Shown here: piece after piece, positions 29,364-39,814 of the stretch
Layout: every line of letters starts with the position of its first letter
Position numbering within the stretch: the stretch's first letter is position 1
The notes under the pieces: model-generated
What the model saw: only the letters and a program-made list of their open reading frames with translations
What the model was told of the DNA's origin: nothing
The model's database searches: none
Made by a program: the position numbers and the translations under genes
Assembly (NCBI GenBank): GCA_038733315.1
Contig: JAVYPJ010000001.1
Coordinates: forward strand, 295,863-359,862
Direction of reading: 5' to 3'
From: Candidatus Aenigmatarchaeota archaeon
GTDB taxonomy: Archaea; Aenigmatarchaeota; Aenigmatarchaeia; CG10238-14; SpSt-28
Length of the DNA: 64,000 bases

Positions 29364-30106
29364 GAATAATTGCCATAACTAGCGGAAAAGGTGGTGTCGG
29401 TAAAACTTTTTTTTCTGTTAATTTAGCTACGGCGTTAGCAAAAATAGGAAAAAGTGTAACTCTAATAGATTCCAACTTTACAACACCTAATACAGCATTA
29501 GTTATAGGGTATCTAACTAGATTTAATACTATTCACGATTTTTTAAGCGAAAACGTTAAAGATGTTACTAGCGTTATACATAAGACCAGATATGGTTTTA
29601 AAATAGTGCCAGGTAGTATAGATTTAGATTCTATGGTTAACTCTAACATAGAGATGTTTAGACTGTTCTTAGAAAAAATAAGGGATGATTTTATAATATT
29701 AGATACAGCTGCTGGAATCGGCAGAGAGGCTTTGTATTCTATTTTGAATTCTAACGAAATTATTATAATCGTTAATCCAGAAATTTCGAGTATTATAGAT
29801 GCAAAAAGAATTTTGGATATCTGTAATAGAGTTAATAAAAAAATCTTGGCAATAGTTGCAAACATGGTAAATAGTAAAAAAAGTGTTAAAAAAATAGAAG
29901 AATATATAGGTAAAAGCGTAAATTTAGTTTTACCTGAAGATAAAAGAGTTAGAAATTCTATAGAAAAAAGAATTCCATATATTGAAATGTATCCAAATTC
30001 ATACATTTCTTCACAAATTTTGAATTTTGCAAGTTATTTGTCTGGAGAACTCTATACTTTTAAACCAAGTTTTTTTGAAAGATTGAGATTTTCCTTTTAT
30101 ATATGA
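29360..30106 (+). CDS. minD: MinD/ParA-family ATPase
   Basis: SGKGGVGKT deviant Walker A, LDTAAGIG, C-terminal amphipathic FFERL. Confidence 0.85.
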   Translation: MRIIAITSGKGGVGKTFFSVNLATALAKIGKSVTLIDSNFTTPNTALVIGYLTRFNTIHDFLSENVKDVTSVIHKTRYGFKIVPGSIDLDSMVNSNIEMFRLFLEKIRDDFIILDTAAGIGREALYSILNSNEIIIIVNPEISSIIDAKRILDICNRVNKKILAIVANMVNSKKSVKKIEEYIGKSVNLVLPEDKRVRNSIEKRIPYIEMYPNSYISSQILNFASYLSGELYTFKPSFFERLRFSFYI

Positions 30107-30639
30107 ACGTTTTTGAAGCTATAGAGAAAAGAAAAAGTGTAAGAAAGTATAGAAATATAGATGTGGATTTAAATAAAATCATAACTATACTAGAATATTC
30201 TATATTGGCACCATGCGCAGGAAATGTTCAGGAATGGAGATTTATAGTGGTTAATGACAAAAAAATTAAAGAAGAGTTAGCAGAAGCTTCTTATAACCAA
30301 GATTTTATAGCTGAAGCTCCATATGTTATTGTAATTTGTGCTGATGAAAAAGAAATCTATAACGCATATGGTAAAAGAGGAAAAGAGAGATATATGTATA
30401 TGGATTGTTCTTTTGCAGCGGCAAATATAATTTTATCTGCAGTTTCCTTAGGTTTAGATACTTGTATTGTTGGCGCCTTTGAAGACGAAAAAGTTAGCAA
30501 AATCTTGAATTTGCCAGAAAATATTAAGCCTATATTTATAGTTCCAATCGGTTATGCCGCTGAAGATCCTATAAGACCCTTAAGAAAGCCGATAAGTTCA
30601 ATAATTTTTTATAATACTTATGGGAAAAAACTTAAATAG
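30103..30639 (+). CDS. Nitroreductase family protein
   Basis: RKSVRKY, APCAGNVQEWRF, LGLDTCIVG. Confidence 0.92.
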   Translation: MNVFEAIEKRKSVRKYRNIDVDLNKIITILEYSILAPCAGNVQEWRFIVVNDKKIKEELAEASYNQDFIAEAPYVIVICADEKEIYNAYGKRGKERYMYMDCSFAAANIILSAVSLGLDTCIVGAFEDEKVSKILNLPENIKPIFIVPIGYAAEDPIRPLRKPISSIIFYNTYGKKLK

Positions 30640-30660
30640 TTTTAAATTTAATAAATCTTA

Positions 30661-32007
30661 ATGAAGATGAAGCCGAATAACTTAATACTAATAACTCTTT
30701 TTGTTTTTCAGATTTTTCTTATATCCTTTTCTCAATTTTCTGATAGAGTAGAAGTTAAAATACCTTCTCTTTATAACATAAATGCAGGACAAACAGTAAG
30801 GATACCAATAGAAATAAAGAATTTAGATTATAATGAAGTTAAAGTTTTCCTTTATGTATTTCCGCCATATTATGAAGGAATTTCTGCTTATTTTGATGTT
30901 AATAATGTAGTGCTTTCTCCAAATTCTGAAGCTAGTGTTAACTTAGTGATTTCTGCTCCTACTGAAGCTAAAAGCGCTATAATAACTTATCAGATATTTG
31001 TAGAGTATAATAATATTAAAAAAACTTATAAGATGGAATTAAACGTTATAGGTGGTAAGGGTGAAATAAAAGTAACAAATTTTGGAATTAATAAAAATAG
31101 GTTTGATCCAGATGAAAGTCTAATAGCTTTTGTTGAGTATCAGAATTCTAAGAATATTGTAACTTTCGTAAGAGCAAAAATGGAAATTTCAAGAGAAAAT
31201 GAAATAATTAAAACAGAGGAGAAAACTGTTAATATTCTTCCATTTTCCAAAGCTTCTTTAAACTTTTCTTATCTTTTCTCTTATTTTGACAGGCCAGGAA
31301 AATACTATATTAACATATACTCTTATGATGAAAATAAAAACACTATATCCAAACTTTCTTTTGAAGTCTTTTTGAATGAAATAAATAACGTAGAAAAAAG
31401 AGTAGATAAACAATTTTCGATATTTCAATATAGAGTTAGTGTAGAGATAGAAAATGTTGGTAACGTTATTCAAAAAATTAGGTTAGAGGAAGAATTTCCG
31501 ATTATACTCAAACCTTTTGTGGTTTTTGAAGGAATGAATCCAAAAATAGAAAATAATAAGGCAATTTGGGAAGTTGATTTAAAACCTAAGGAAAAGATTA
31601 CTTTTTCATATTCTATAATATACTTACCTATATTATTACTAGCCTCGATTTTAGTAGTAGCGTTTTTGGTATTTTTATTCTTTTATTTGCTTAAGCCAAG
31701 AAGCCTTAAGAAATATGAGAAGTTCGAAGATATTTACAAAATTAAAATATTTATTAAAAATAGCTCAAGAAAGAGAATGAAAAATATAGAGATAAGTGAT
31801 TTTGTACCATCTCTATTTTCTATAGTAGAGTTTGAAACATTAAAACCGCAAGTAAAGAAATCAAAAGATGGTTATGATTTGATTTGGAAAATTAGAGAGT
31901 TGAAACCTAAGGAAGAGCTAATAATCTCATATAAAATAAAACCTCTAATAGAAATTATTGGAGAGGTAAAGCTTCCGAAACCTAAGATTAAATATGTATT
32001 AAAATAA
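30661..32007 (+). CDS. Surface protein with Ig-like (CARDB/DUF11-like) domains and internal TM
   Basis: Signal peptide, beta-rich domains, TM near aa 320, related LKPKE..I.Y motif on both sides of the TM. Confidence 0.6.
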   Translation: MKMKPNNLILITLFVFQIFLISFSQFSDRVEVKIPSLYNINAGQTVRIPIEIKNLDYNEVKVFLYVFPPYYEGISAYFDVNNVVLSPNSEASVNLVISAPTEAKSAIITYQIFVEYNNIKKTYKMELNVIGGKGEIKVTNFGINKNRFDPDESLIAFVEYQNSKNIVTFVRAKMEISRENEIIKTEEKTVNILPFSKASLNFSYLFSYFDRPGKYYINIYSYDENKNTISKLSFEVFLNEINNVEKRVDKQFSIFQYRVSVEIENVGNVIQKIRLEEEFPIILKPFVVFEGMNPKIENNKAIWEVDLKPKEKITFSYSIIYLPILLLASILVVAFLVFLFFYLLKPRSLKKYEKFEDIYKIKIFIKNSSRKRMKNIEISDFVPSLFSIVEFETLKPQVKKSKDGYDLIWKIRELKPKEELIISYKIKPLIEIIGEVKLPKPKIKYVLK

Positions 32008-32010
32008 ATA

Positions 32011-33222
32011 ATGTTTATGCTTGAAAACGTTTTTTTCGTATTAGTAGATGGCTTAAGTGATTTACTAAGGGAAAAAACTCCACTAAGAGAAGCAATCAAA
32101 CCAAACATATCTTCAATTCTTTCAAAATCTATAGTAGCAAAATTTTGGCCATTAACTAAAAACAATTGGCCAAAAAGTGGGTATGCAAGTGTAAGTCAAT
32201 ATGCAAATTTTAGCATTTTAGGTTATAATGTCAAAAATCTTTATGCTAAAAGAGGAGTTATAGAAGCTTTGGGAAGTGATTTAGATTATAAAAATGGTTG
32301 GTTAGCAATAAGGGTAGATTTTGGCTGTGTAGATAATAGATTAGTGGTAATAGATAGAAGGGTAGGAAGAAATGTATATGGCTTAGATAAGTTAATAGAG
32401 GATTTTAACAAAATAGATTTTGATGTTCCTTTCGTTTTAAAAAGGACTTATGGACATAGAGGAGTTTTGATTTTAAAAGAAAAGCTTAGCGATGAAATAA
32501 CAGATAGCGATCCTTTGGAAAATAATAAGAAAATTAATTTTATATTACCAACTTCCAAAAAAAATTCAGCTAAAAAATCTGCTGAAATTGTTCAAAAACT
32601 TTTAGAGAAATTTTATTTTTTTGCTAAAAAACACGAAATAAATAGGAAAAGAAAAGAAATGGGACTATTAGAAGCAAACTATTTGCTTACTAGAGAGCCC
32701 GGAAACAAATTGCCAAAAGTTCAAAATTTTTTTAAGAAATGGAAATTTAAAAATGGTGTTGTAATAAGTGAAAATGGTGTAATAAAGGGTAGCTGTAAAG
32801 TTTCTGGATTTGATTGCATTACTGTAGAAGAAATGGAATTTGAAAATCAAATAAGTTTTATATTTGAAAAAGCATTAGAAGCTAAAAGAAAGTATCAAAT
32901 TGTTTATATGCATATTAAGGGGGCTGACGAAGCTGCACACGATAAAGATTTTAAAAAGAAAAAAAGTATTATAGAAGCTATAGATGAGAAAATAGGATAT
33001 TTGCTAAATAATGTAGATTTCGAAAAGTCGGCTTTAATACTTACTGGAGATCATATAACAGATTGCATTACAGGAAAGCATGAATTTGGGTTTGTACCTC
33101 TTTTAATATATAATGAAAAAATTAAAGATGGTAAAGCAAAGAATTTTAGCGAAATAGATGCTAAAAAATCTAAGAAAGAGTTTTATCCTAAGGATATGTG
33201 GAATTTTGTTAAAAAATTATGA
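32011..33222 (+). CDS. apgM: Cofactor-independent phosphoglycerate mutase (archaeal)
   Basis: LVDGLSD, TPL..A..PN, RGVIEALG, HIKGADEAAHD, TGDH. Confidence 0.9.
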   Translation: MFMLENVFFVLVDGLSDLLREKTPLREAIKPNISSILSKSIVAKFWPLTKNNWPKSGYASVSQYANFSILGYNVKNLYAKRGVIEALGSDLDYKNGWLAIRVDFGCVDNRLVVIDRRVGRNVYGLDKLIEDFNKIDFDVPFVLKRTYGHRGVLILKEKLSDEITDSDPLENNKKINFILPTSKKNSAKKSAEIVQKLLEKFYFFAKKHEINRKRKEMGLLEANYLLTREPGNKLPKVQNFFKKWKFKNGVVISENGVIKGSCKVSGFDCITVEEMEFENQISFIFEKALEAKRKYQIVYMHIKGADEAAHDKDFKKKKSIIEAIDEKIGYLLNNVDFEKSALILTGDHITDCITGKHEFGFVPLLIYNEKIKDGKAKNFSEIDAKKSKKEFYPKDMWNFVKKL

Positions 33223-34397
33223 TAGTAAGAGATATAAGAATTAGAGAAATATTTTCGCATAATTTAAAAGAAACGATAGAAATAGAGGTTGAGATTTCTA
33301 AGGGCAAAGTTAGAGCAAGCGTTCCAATAGGAACTAGTAGAGGTTTATATGAAATTAGTTATTTGCCTGTAAAAGATGTTATAAAAAACTTCTTAGAAAT
33401 TAGAGATAAGTTTAGAATGAAAGAGTTCAAAAGTTTTGATGAGGTTGATAATACTTTATTAGAATTTGATAATTCTGAAAAATTGAGTAAAATTGGTGGA
33501 AATTTGGCTATAGGAATTTCCTTAGCTATGTTAAAAGCATTTTCATTGCACGAAGATTTAGAAGTTTTTGAGTTTGTAAGTAGTTTTTTTGGAGAAAAGC
33601 CAAAAATACCAAAAGCGGTTTGTAATGTAATTGGTGGGGGTAAGCATTTTGGTGGTAGTGATATTCAAGAGTTTTTATTAATTGGGAAAACTTCATACTT
33701 TAGGAACGAGATTAAAAAAATAGTGAATGCATATTTCAAAATTGCCGAAATTTTAAAGAATGAGGACAAAACTTTTAATTTTGGTAGAAATATGGAATCT
33801 GCATGGATTACAAATTTAAACACATCTAAAATACTGGAAATATTGAAAAAGATTTCTATGGAGTACGATTTGTATTTAGGCTTAGATATTGCAGCGTCTT
33901 CTATTTTTGATAGGGATAAAAGTGTTTATGTTTATGAAAAAGAAGGATTAGAATTGAATAGAGTAGAAAATTTAAGCTATCTGTATGAGTTAATAAAAGA
34001 CTACGAAATATTTTATATAGAAGATCCTTTTTATGAAGAGGATTTTGTTAGTTTTTCTACGCTTTTATCTCACTTTCCTCAAAAATTAATTGTAGGGGAT
34101 GATTTAACTTCTACGAACTTAGAGAGGTTAAAAAAGGCTGTTGAATTAAAATCTATAAATGCAATAATAATAAAACCTAATCAAATAGGTTTAGTTACTA
34201 GAGTTTCGCAAGTTGTTAAGTTTGCTAAGAAAAATGATATTAAGCTTGTGTTTTCTCATAGGAGTGGAGAAACTGAAGATCCAATAATATCTCAATTAGC
34301 AATAGGGTTTGGCGCTGAATATATAAAGGCTGGTATTGCTGGAGAAAGAACTGCAAAGATAAATGAAATATTAAGGGTTGAAGAAAAAATTATTTAG
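33219..34397 (+). CDS. eno: Enolase
   Basis: GGGKH, QEF, IEDPF, VGDDL, IKPNQIG, SHRSGETED. Confidence 0.93.
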   Translation: MIVRDIRIREIFSHNLKETIEIEVEISKGKVRASVPIGTSRGLYEISYLPVKDVIKNFLEIRDKFRMKEFKSFDEVDNTLLEFDNSEKLSKIGGNLAIGISLAMLKAFSLHEDLEVFEFVSSFFGEKPKIPKAVCNVIGGGKHFGGSDIQEFLLIGKTSYFRNEIKKIVNAYFKIAEILKNEDKTFNFGRNMESAWITNLNTSKILEILKKISMEYDLYLGLDIAASSIFDRDKSVYVYEKEGLELNRVENLSYLYELIKDYEIFYIEDPFYEEDFVSFSTLLSHFPQKLIVGDDLTSTNLERLKKAVELKSINAIIIKPNQIGLVTRVSQVVKFAKKNDIKLVFSHRSGETEDPIISQLAIGFGAEYIKAGIAGERTAKINEILRVEEKII

Positions 34398-35665
34398 GGC
34401 AAAGAAAACAGATTGTTCTCATATGTTGGCATTATAGCATTAAAACCCATTTCATTTAATTCTTTCTCAAAATCTTCTATTTTTTCTCCGTGAACTAGAA
34501 AAATAACTTTTGGATTTGTTTTGTTTATAAAATCTAGTATTTCACTTCTATCGGCATGGGAAGAAAATTCAAATAGTTTGTATTTGCATTTTACTTTTTT
34601 ATTTAAACCGTCCTTTGTTATTAGTCTTCCTGTTTCTATTAAAAGTTTTCCAACAGTTTTTTCGACTTGATAGCATGTTAAAAATATAGCACAGTTTTCC
34701 CTATTATAAATCTTTCTAATATAGTAATTAGCTGGCCCACCTTCTAGCATTCCAGAGCCACAAATAATTATCTTTGGTTCCTTTTTCATTATTATTTCTT
34801 TTCTTTTAGCCTTTCTCCTAACTTTTTTGGCTGTTTCTAAAACTTTTAGAAAATCTTTTCTATTATTTAAATAGTTTTCGAATTTCTGATAAATTTTGCA
34901 TATCTCTATAACCATTCCATCGATATATATTTCAACATCTTTATGTAAATTATATTTTCCAAGTATTGCTAAAACCTCTTGAGCCCTACCTACTGCTAGC
35001 GATGGTAGTAGAACTATACCATCTTTATCTAAGGTCTCTCTTATTTCATTTATAAATTCTTTTTCTAACATATTTCTTTCTGGTAAATTCCTTTTCCAAT
35101 ATGTAGTTTCAATAATTAATATATCTGGATTTTTTTCTGGCTCACTGCAACCAAAAGTTAATGTTGTTGGTTTTGTTTTAAAATCTCCAGTGTACAGAAT
35201 TCTTTTGTTATCAATGCTTAACTCTATCATTGCTGCACCTAATATGTGGCCAGCATCTATGAATTTAAAATCGAAAGATCTCTTTTCAAAAGTTTTTTCA
35301 TAAGTTACGTTTCTAAATTTAGAAATAGTTTTATTAACATCGTTTTCTGTGAAACTTATCGGAATTCCTTTTCTTTTCAAAACTTTTATGTTATCTCTTA
35401 GTATAACATTTGCAATTTCTTTCGAAGCTCTCAATGAAAAAATTTTTGATGCACTTTTTGAAAAATAAGTTAAATATCCGCTATGATCTAAATGAGAATG
35501 GGATAATAAAATATAATCAACATTATCCACTCTTAGAGGAGGTTGCGGAGGATTTTCGAAAACTTTTAATCCATAATCTAAGACTATTCTTTCCTTTTCT
35601 GTTTCTACCATTACTCCGCTATTTCCTATTTCATTTAGTGCTCCTAAAAATTTTATTCTAATCAT
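34394..35665 (-). CDS. MBL-fold beta-CASP ribonuclease
   Basis: SHSHLDHSG, AGHILG, YTGD, VGRAQE, FSSHAD, VHGE. Confidence 0.9.
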   Translation of the reverse strand: MIRIKFLGALNEIGNSGVMVETEKERIVLDYGLKVFENPPQPPLRVDNVDYILLSHSHLDHSGYLTYFSKSASKIFSLRASKEIANVILRDNIKVLKRKGIPISFTENDVNKTISKFRNVTYEKTFEKRSFDFKFIDAGHILGAAMIELSIDNKRILYTGDFKTKPTTLTFGCSEPEKNPDILIIETTYWKRNLPERNMLEKEFINEIRETLDKDGIVLLPSLAVGRAQEVLAILGKYNLHKDVEIYIDGMVIEICKIYQKFENYLNNRKDFLKVLETAKKVRRKAKRKEIIMKKEPKIIICGSGMLEGGPANYYIRKIYNRENCAIFLTCYQVEKTVGKLLIETGRLITKDGLNKKVKCKYKLFEFSSHADRSEILDFINKTNPKVIFLVHGEKIEDFEKELNEMGFNAIMPTYENNLFSLP

Positions 35666-35722
35666 CTTAGGCTAATAAATTAATAGGATTCTTAATTATT
35701 AAATTTTGAATAATAATTATTT

Positions 35723-36307
35723 ATGAGATATTATATCCTTGCGCTAATAATAACATGTATATTAATAGCGTCTTTAGTCTCTTTTTCACACTCCTTTAAA
35801 CCTCTTTCCTTTTCAATATCGTTACCAAAAAATATAAACGTTAAAATGAATGAAGAAATATTTTTAAATTTAATAATCACAAATACCGGTGGGTTTGAAG
35901 ACGTTTATTATATTAATTTAACTGTTGGAACTAACGATATAAGAGTTTCGATAAAAAATCAATCAATTGAGTTATCACCCTCTGAAACAAGGCAAATTCC
36001 TATAAGCATAATTATATATTCTTCTCTTGGTGAAGATAAAAATGTTAGTATAAAAGTTTGCAGCGCAAAGCTTTTAAGTTTTGAGAATAATAACGAAAAA
36101 ATACAGGAATGTTCGGCCGAGAAATGTGAATTAGAGGAAAATAAAAATTGTATAAGATCTGTAATTAGTTTTAAAGTAGCAACGCTTACCTTAGGATATT
36201 TTATCTTAGAGCTTATAATACTTCCTCTATTTTTGATAGTATTTGCGACTTTGTTAGGTTTTGCTGAATATAGGCGCCAGAAGCTTTTTGATGCCCGCCG
36301 CCATTAA
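35723..36307 (+). CDS. Secreted Ig-like protein with C-terminal TM anchor
   Basis: Signal peptide, ITNTGGFEDVY..LSPSET motif, C-terminal TM. Confidence 0.6.
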   Translation: MRYYILALIITCILIASLVSFSHSFKPLSFSISLPKNINVKMNEEIFLNLIITNTGGFEDVYYINLTVGTNDIRVSIKNQSIELSPSETRQIPISIIIYSSLGEDKNVSIKVCSAKLLSFENNNEKIQECSAEKCELEENKNCIRSVISFKVATLTLGYFILELIILPLFLIVFATLLGFAEYRRQKLFDARRH

Positions 36308-37109
36308 AAATCTTTGCTATTTTCTGAACATCAACATCTTTAAAACTTCTGAATTCAATCTTAACTCCTCTTAAACCCCTATAAATTATTATTAGGAAAT
36401 CTGAATTGTTTTTTAGCATTTCGTTCTCAACCACAATATAAGGTGGAATATTAGTTTTGGTTTCTAAAATACCTACTCTTAAATTCTTTATTTCCACAAT
36501 TTCTAACTTTTCTTGAATAATTTTCTCAAATTCTTTTTTTAAATTTTCGAATTGAAATATAGAATTTTTAACCTCTTCAGTATTAACAAAGTCCTTAGGA
36601 TTAAAATTTAGTATTTTCTTAGCTAGCATTCCAAGATATCTATTATACAATTTTCTGTATTTAATTCTTAGGAAGGATAAATAATCTCTAATATCTCTAG
36701 ATTCTTTGCTAGTGCAGCTATTTGAATCGACTTCATTAGTAATTTCAACCCAATCACTATAGAAATTAAAATATTTTGAAACAAGTTCAGTAGTGCTTTT
36801 GGAGTTATGATCTATTATAGCCTCTAAATTTTGAAAACTTAAAAATTTTTCGTTGATGTGATGATCTATCCAAAGAACTTTATTAAATAGAGCGCAAGAA
36901 GTTTTCAGTATTTCATTTCTCATTGATAAATCAAAAAAACAAATTTTATTATAATTAGAGATTCTAGAAACTACTTTGAAAAAACAGGATTTAAAAGAAA
37001 GGTTTGAAGTAAAGTATATCTTAGAGTTTTCTAAAAACTTTATTGCTATAGCGGAGCTTATTAAACCGTCTAAATCATTATGTGTAATTATTATATTTTC
37101 CGCATCCAT
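36213..37109 (-). CDS. DHH/DHHA1 phosphoesterase
   Basis: HNDLDG, FDL, IDHH, GGGHQKASG; likely start MDAEN. Confidence 0.9.
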   Translation of the reverse strand: MDAENIIITHNDLDGLISSAIAIKFLENSKIYFTSNLSFKSCFFKVVSRISNYNKICFFDLSMRNEILKTSCALFNKVLWIDHHINEKFLSFQNLEAIIDHNSKSTTELVSKYFNFYSDWVEITNEVDSNSCTSKESRDIRDYLSFLRIKYRKLYNRYLGMLAKKILNFNPKDFVNTEEVKNSIFQFENLKKEFEKIIQEKLEIVEIKNLRVGILETKTNIPPYIVVENEMLKNNSDFLIIIYRGLRGVKIEFRSFKDVDVQKIAKIFNGGGHQKASGAYIQQNLTKSQILSKIEEVL

Positions 37110-37116
37110 TAAATTA

Positions 37117-37887
37117 TTAAGTAGCAATTATTAAAATTTCTATGAAAGCACCAAAGAGTAATAATATAGTGCTAAAAATATAAAGTCTTATAGCATCTAT
37201 TAATATGTATTTAGAGTTGTATTTCTTTTTCATAAAATAGGAAGATAATATTATTCCAGAGACACTTCCTAAAAAATATGCAACAAACTCGAAAATACCG
37301 TGTGGCATAAATGTCATTAAGCCAATAAGTATTCCGAGTGCTCCATGAGAATGAATAAAACTTCCTATAGCTGCTGCTAGTATAGTTATATTCCAAACTA
37401 GTATTATTAATATTCCACCATATATAAAAGATAAGATAAATGCTAAGGTCAATACAGAAAAATTATTTAGAAAGATTTTAAAAAAAGTATCTCCTACTAT
37501 AAAATTACCTCTAATCCTTTCTATTGTTTCTATTTGTTGTTTAAATATTTCATTAACAACTTCCTTAGGCAGAAACAAAAATAAAGAGGTTAACCCAAAT
37601 AAAGTTCCGAAAAATACTATAGTAAAGACTTTAAAGGTTTCATAATGCCTGTCAAAAAAACTATCTTTGAATCTATATATAGATTTTTTCATATTTGCTA
37701 AGATTGCTTTTCTTAGTACTGGCCATACAGCAACTGAAATGAAAAAAACAACGAATATACCTACAAATTCTTTGAAAACTAAGTATGAAATATAAACACT
37801 AACAATTGAGATAATTGCAGAATATATGAAAGATATGAAAGGTTTTTCTTTTAAAGATTTTTCATTAATTAATGATTCCAGTACCAT
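37117..37887 (-). CDS. SpoIIM-like membrane protein
   Basis: IFLNN, PHGIFEF, AFIE; likely start MVLES. Confidence 0.85.
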   Translation of the reverse strand: MVLESLINEKSLKEKPFISFIYSAIISIVSVYISYLVFKEFVGIFVVFFISVAVWPVLRKAILANMKKSIYRFKDSFFDRHYETFKVFTIVFFGTLFGLTSLFLFLPKEVVNEIFKQQIETIERIRGNFIVGDTFFKIFLNNFSVLTLAFILSFIYGGILIILVWNITILAAAIGSFIHSHGALGILIGLMTFMPHGIFEFVAYFLGSVSGIILSSYFMKKKYNSKYILIDAIRLYIFSTILLLFGAFIEILIIAT

Positions 37888-37894
37888 AATAATT

Positions 37895-38329
37895 ATGAAG
37901 ATTAGCAAAAAAATGTTAATATTGATAGGAATAATATTTGCTGAAGGAATTTTTATACTTTCGATTTTTAGTCATTACTCTATATATTCTTATAATACAG
38001 CTACAAATGAATTAAAAAGTAATATAAACTTTTTTGAACCTTCAAGAAGTTTAAAGTATCAGATGCTTTATGAAGGAAAGACTATTGTAATAGTTTATAA
38101 TTATTCTTCGATTTCTATAGAAGAATTAGAAGGTTTAGTAGATATATTTCAAAAAAATGTTTATTTCTTTTTGGTTAATTATACCGTACCACAGGCTTTT
38201 ATTATTTCTGGAATTCGGGGTAGAATTTTTTATGAAAATACTATATTTAACTTAACTTATTTTAATTTGCTTAGAGAGCTTTGTAAAGCTTCTATAGATA
38301 CTCCAAAGGAATGCATAGAGATAGAATAA
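37895..38329 (+). CDS. Membrane-anchored hypothetical protein
   Basis: Likely start MKISKK, N-terminal TM, C-terminal ELC...PKEC. Confidence 0.6.
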   Translation: MKISKKMLILIGIIFAEGIFILSIFSHYSIYSYNTATNELKSNINFFEPSRSLKYQMLYEGKTIVIVYNYSSISIEELEGLVDIFQKNVYFFLVNYTVPQAFIISGIRGRIFYENTIFNLTYFNLLRELCKASIDTPKECIEIE

Positions 38330-38904
38330 TTTTTTGTGGGATTGATTTGGCGGGTAGCGAAAAAAGAATAAGCGGAATAGCTTTTATGAATTTAAATTTA
38401 GAGGTTTTCTGTTATTCGGTTCATACAAACAATGAAATATTAGATTTAGTTGAAAAAAATAATCCTAAATTTATATTTATAGATGCTCCTTTATCGCTTC
38501 CTAAGGATAGGAAAAGCTTAGAGAAAGTTTCTAATATACATTTTAGGAAGTGTGATTTAGAGCTTAAAAAACTTAAAATAAAAATTTTTCCAATAACTTT
38601 GGGTCCGATGAGAATGCTAACTATGAGGGGAATTTTGTTAAAAAAACTTTTATCTAAAAAAGGTAGAATAGTTAAGGAAACGTTTCCTGGCGCGTTTTAT
38701 GATTTAAAAAACCTAAAAAGAAAGAATTTAGAAGAAATATATAATTTTTTTCAAAGTGTTGGATTGCGCTTTCTTACAAAAATTAGAAATATTCATGAAA
38801 TGGATGCTATAACTTGTGTTTTTATTGCATATTTATATTATAATGGTAGGGCTAAAGAGATCGGAGAAAAAAAGGAAGGTACGATTGTTATACCTGCAGA
38901 TTAA
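38311..38904 (+). CDS. DUF429-family RNase H-fold protein
   Basis: GIDLAG, IDAPLSLP, RKCD, ETFP, HEMDA. Confidence 0.85.
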   Translation: MHRDRIIFCGIDLAGSEKRISGIAFMNLNLEVFCYSVHTNNEILDLVEKNNPKFIFIDAPLSLPKDRKSLEKVSNIHFRKCDLELKKLKIKIFPITLGPMRMLTMRGILLKKLLSKKGRIVKETFPGAFYDLKNLKRKNLEEIYNFFQSVGLRFLTKIRNIHEMDAITCVFIAYLYYNGRAKEIGEKKEGTIVIPAD

Positions 38905-39118
38905 TTTTTTGAATTTTATAAAATTTTATTTACTTTTTCAATTTTTTTACTTTATAAACGATATTCTTTATTTTAGAGACATTTCTGTTGCTTTCATCTC
39001 TCTACTTCAGAATTTAATAAACCCACTCTCCATATTGATAAGAATATTAAACGGTATAAAAAATTATAATATTTTAGAGGTCAACACATTTTTAATAATT
39101 TTTCTAATCTCTTTTATT

Positions 39119-39814
39119 CTATCTTTCGTTAAGAGAAGAAAGAATAAGAGAAATATTAGAAAAACCTCTTAGTATATGCTTTCCGTTTATTACTATTGTA
39201 GGAACTGAGTATATTTCATACATTTCATTAATTATCTCTATCTCACTTAAGTTTAGCTCTTTATCGATTATGAAAAAGTAATAATCTAAGTTATATTCTT
39301 TAACTTTATCTAACTCTTCTCCCTGCTTTATACAAATGTCTCCACAAGAAGCAGAATAAACATATAGAATTGTTGAAATGTTTTTATTGCAATCCTCTAT
39401 GTATTTTAAAGTAAGAAAATATGAAGTCGATAATAATTTCATGTATTCTCTTTTTAATCTTAAATATTCCGAAGAAGATCTATATTTTGAATCGTATTCT
39501 TCTAATCTATATGGTAATTGTTTTGCAAGCACTTCGAAGCTGTAATATCTTACCTTATTATTTATTCTTTCTAATAACTTGCACTTTGCATCTCTATTTA
39601 AAAAATCCAATAGCAAAATTTCTTTATTTGTGTTTATTTCTTCGTTAAGATTTTTGGCTTCTAAGTATAGATTCTCGATTTTTTTAAATAATTCGTTTGC
39701 ATAAAAATACTCAAAAATTTTTAAACCAAAGTAAATTCCTATAAAATAAAAACCTAATGTTAAGAATATAGATAATACTAATACATTTTTTATTCTTTTT
39801 TTAGCTATCTGCAT
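39119..39814 (-). CDS. Membrane-anchored protein with C-terminal thioredoxin-like fold
   Basis: N-terminal TM; CGDIC; SVPTIVING. Confidence 0.65.
   Translation of the reverse strand: MQIAKKRIKNVLVLSIFLTLGFYFIGIYFGLKIFEYFYANELFKKIENLYLEAKNLNEEINTNKEILLLDFLNRDAKCKLLERINNKVRYYSFEVLAKQLPYRLEEYDSKYRSSSEYLRLKREYMKLLSTSYFLTLKYIEDCNKNISTILYVYSASCGDICIKQGEELDKVKEYNLDYYFFIIDKELNLSEIEIINEMYEIYSVPTIVINGKHILRGFSNISLILSSLNER

Noticed and set aside
33219..34397. Enolase possibly inactive owing to divergent VPIGTSRG and NMESAW motifs
   Set aside because: Metal-binding Ser and catalytic His, Glu and Lys positions appear retained
38816..39172. 118-aa ORF spanning the gap after DUF429
   Set aside because: Non-ATG start, overlaps both neighbours, no recognisable motif; cannot be supported
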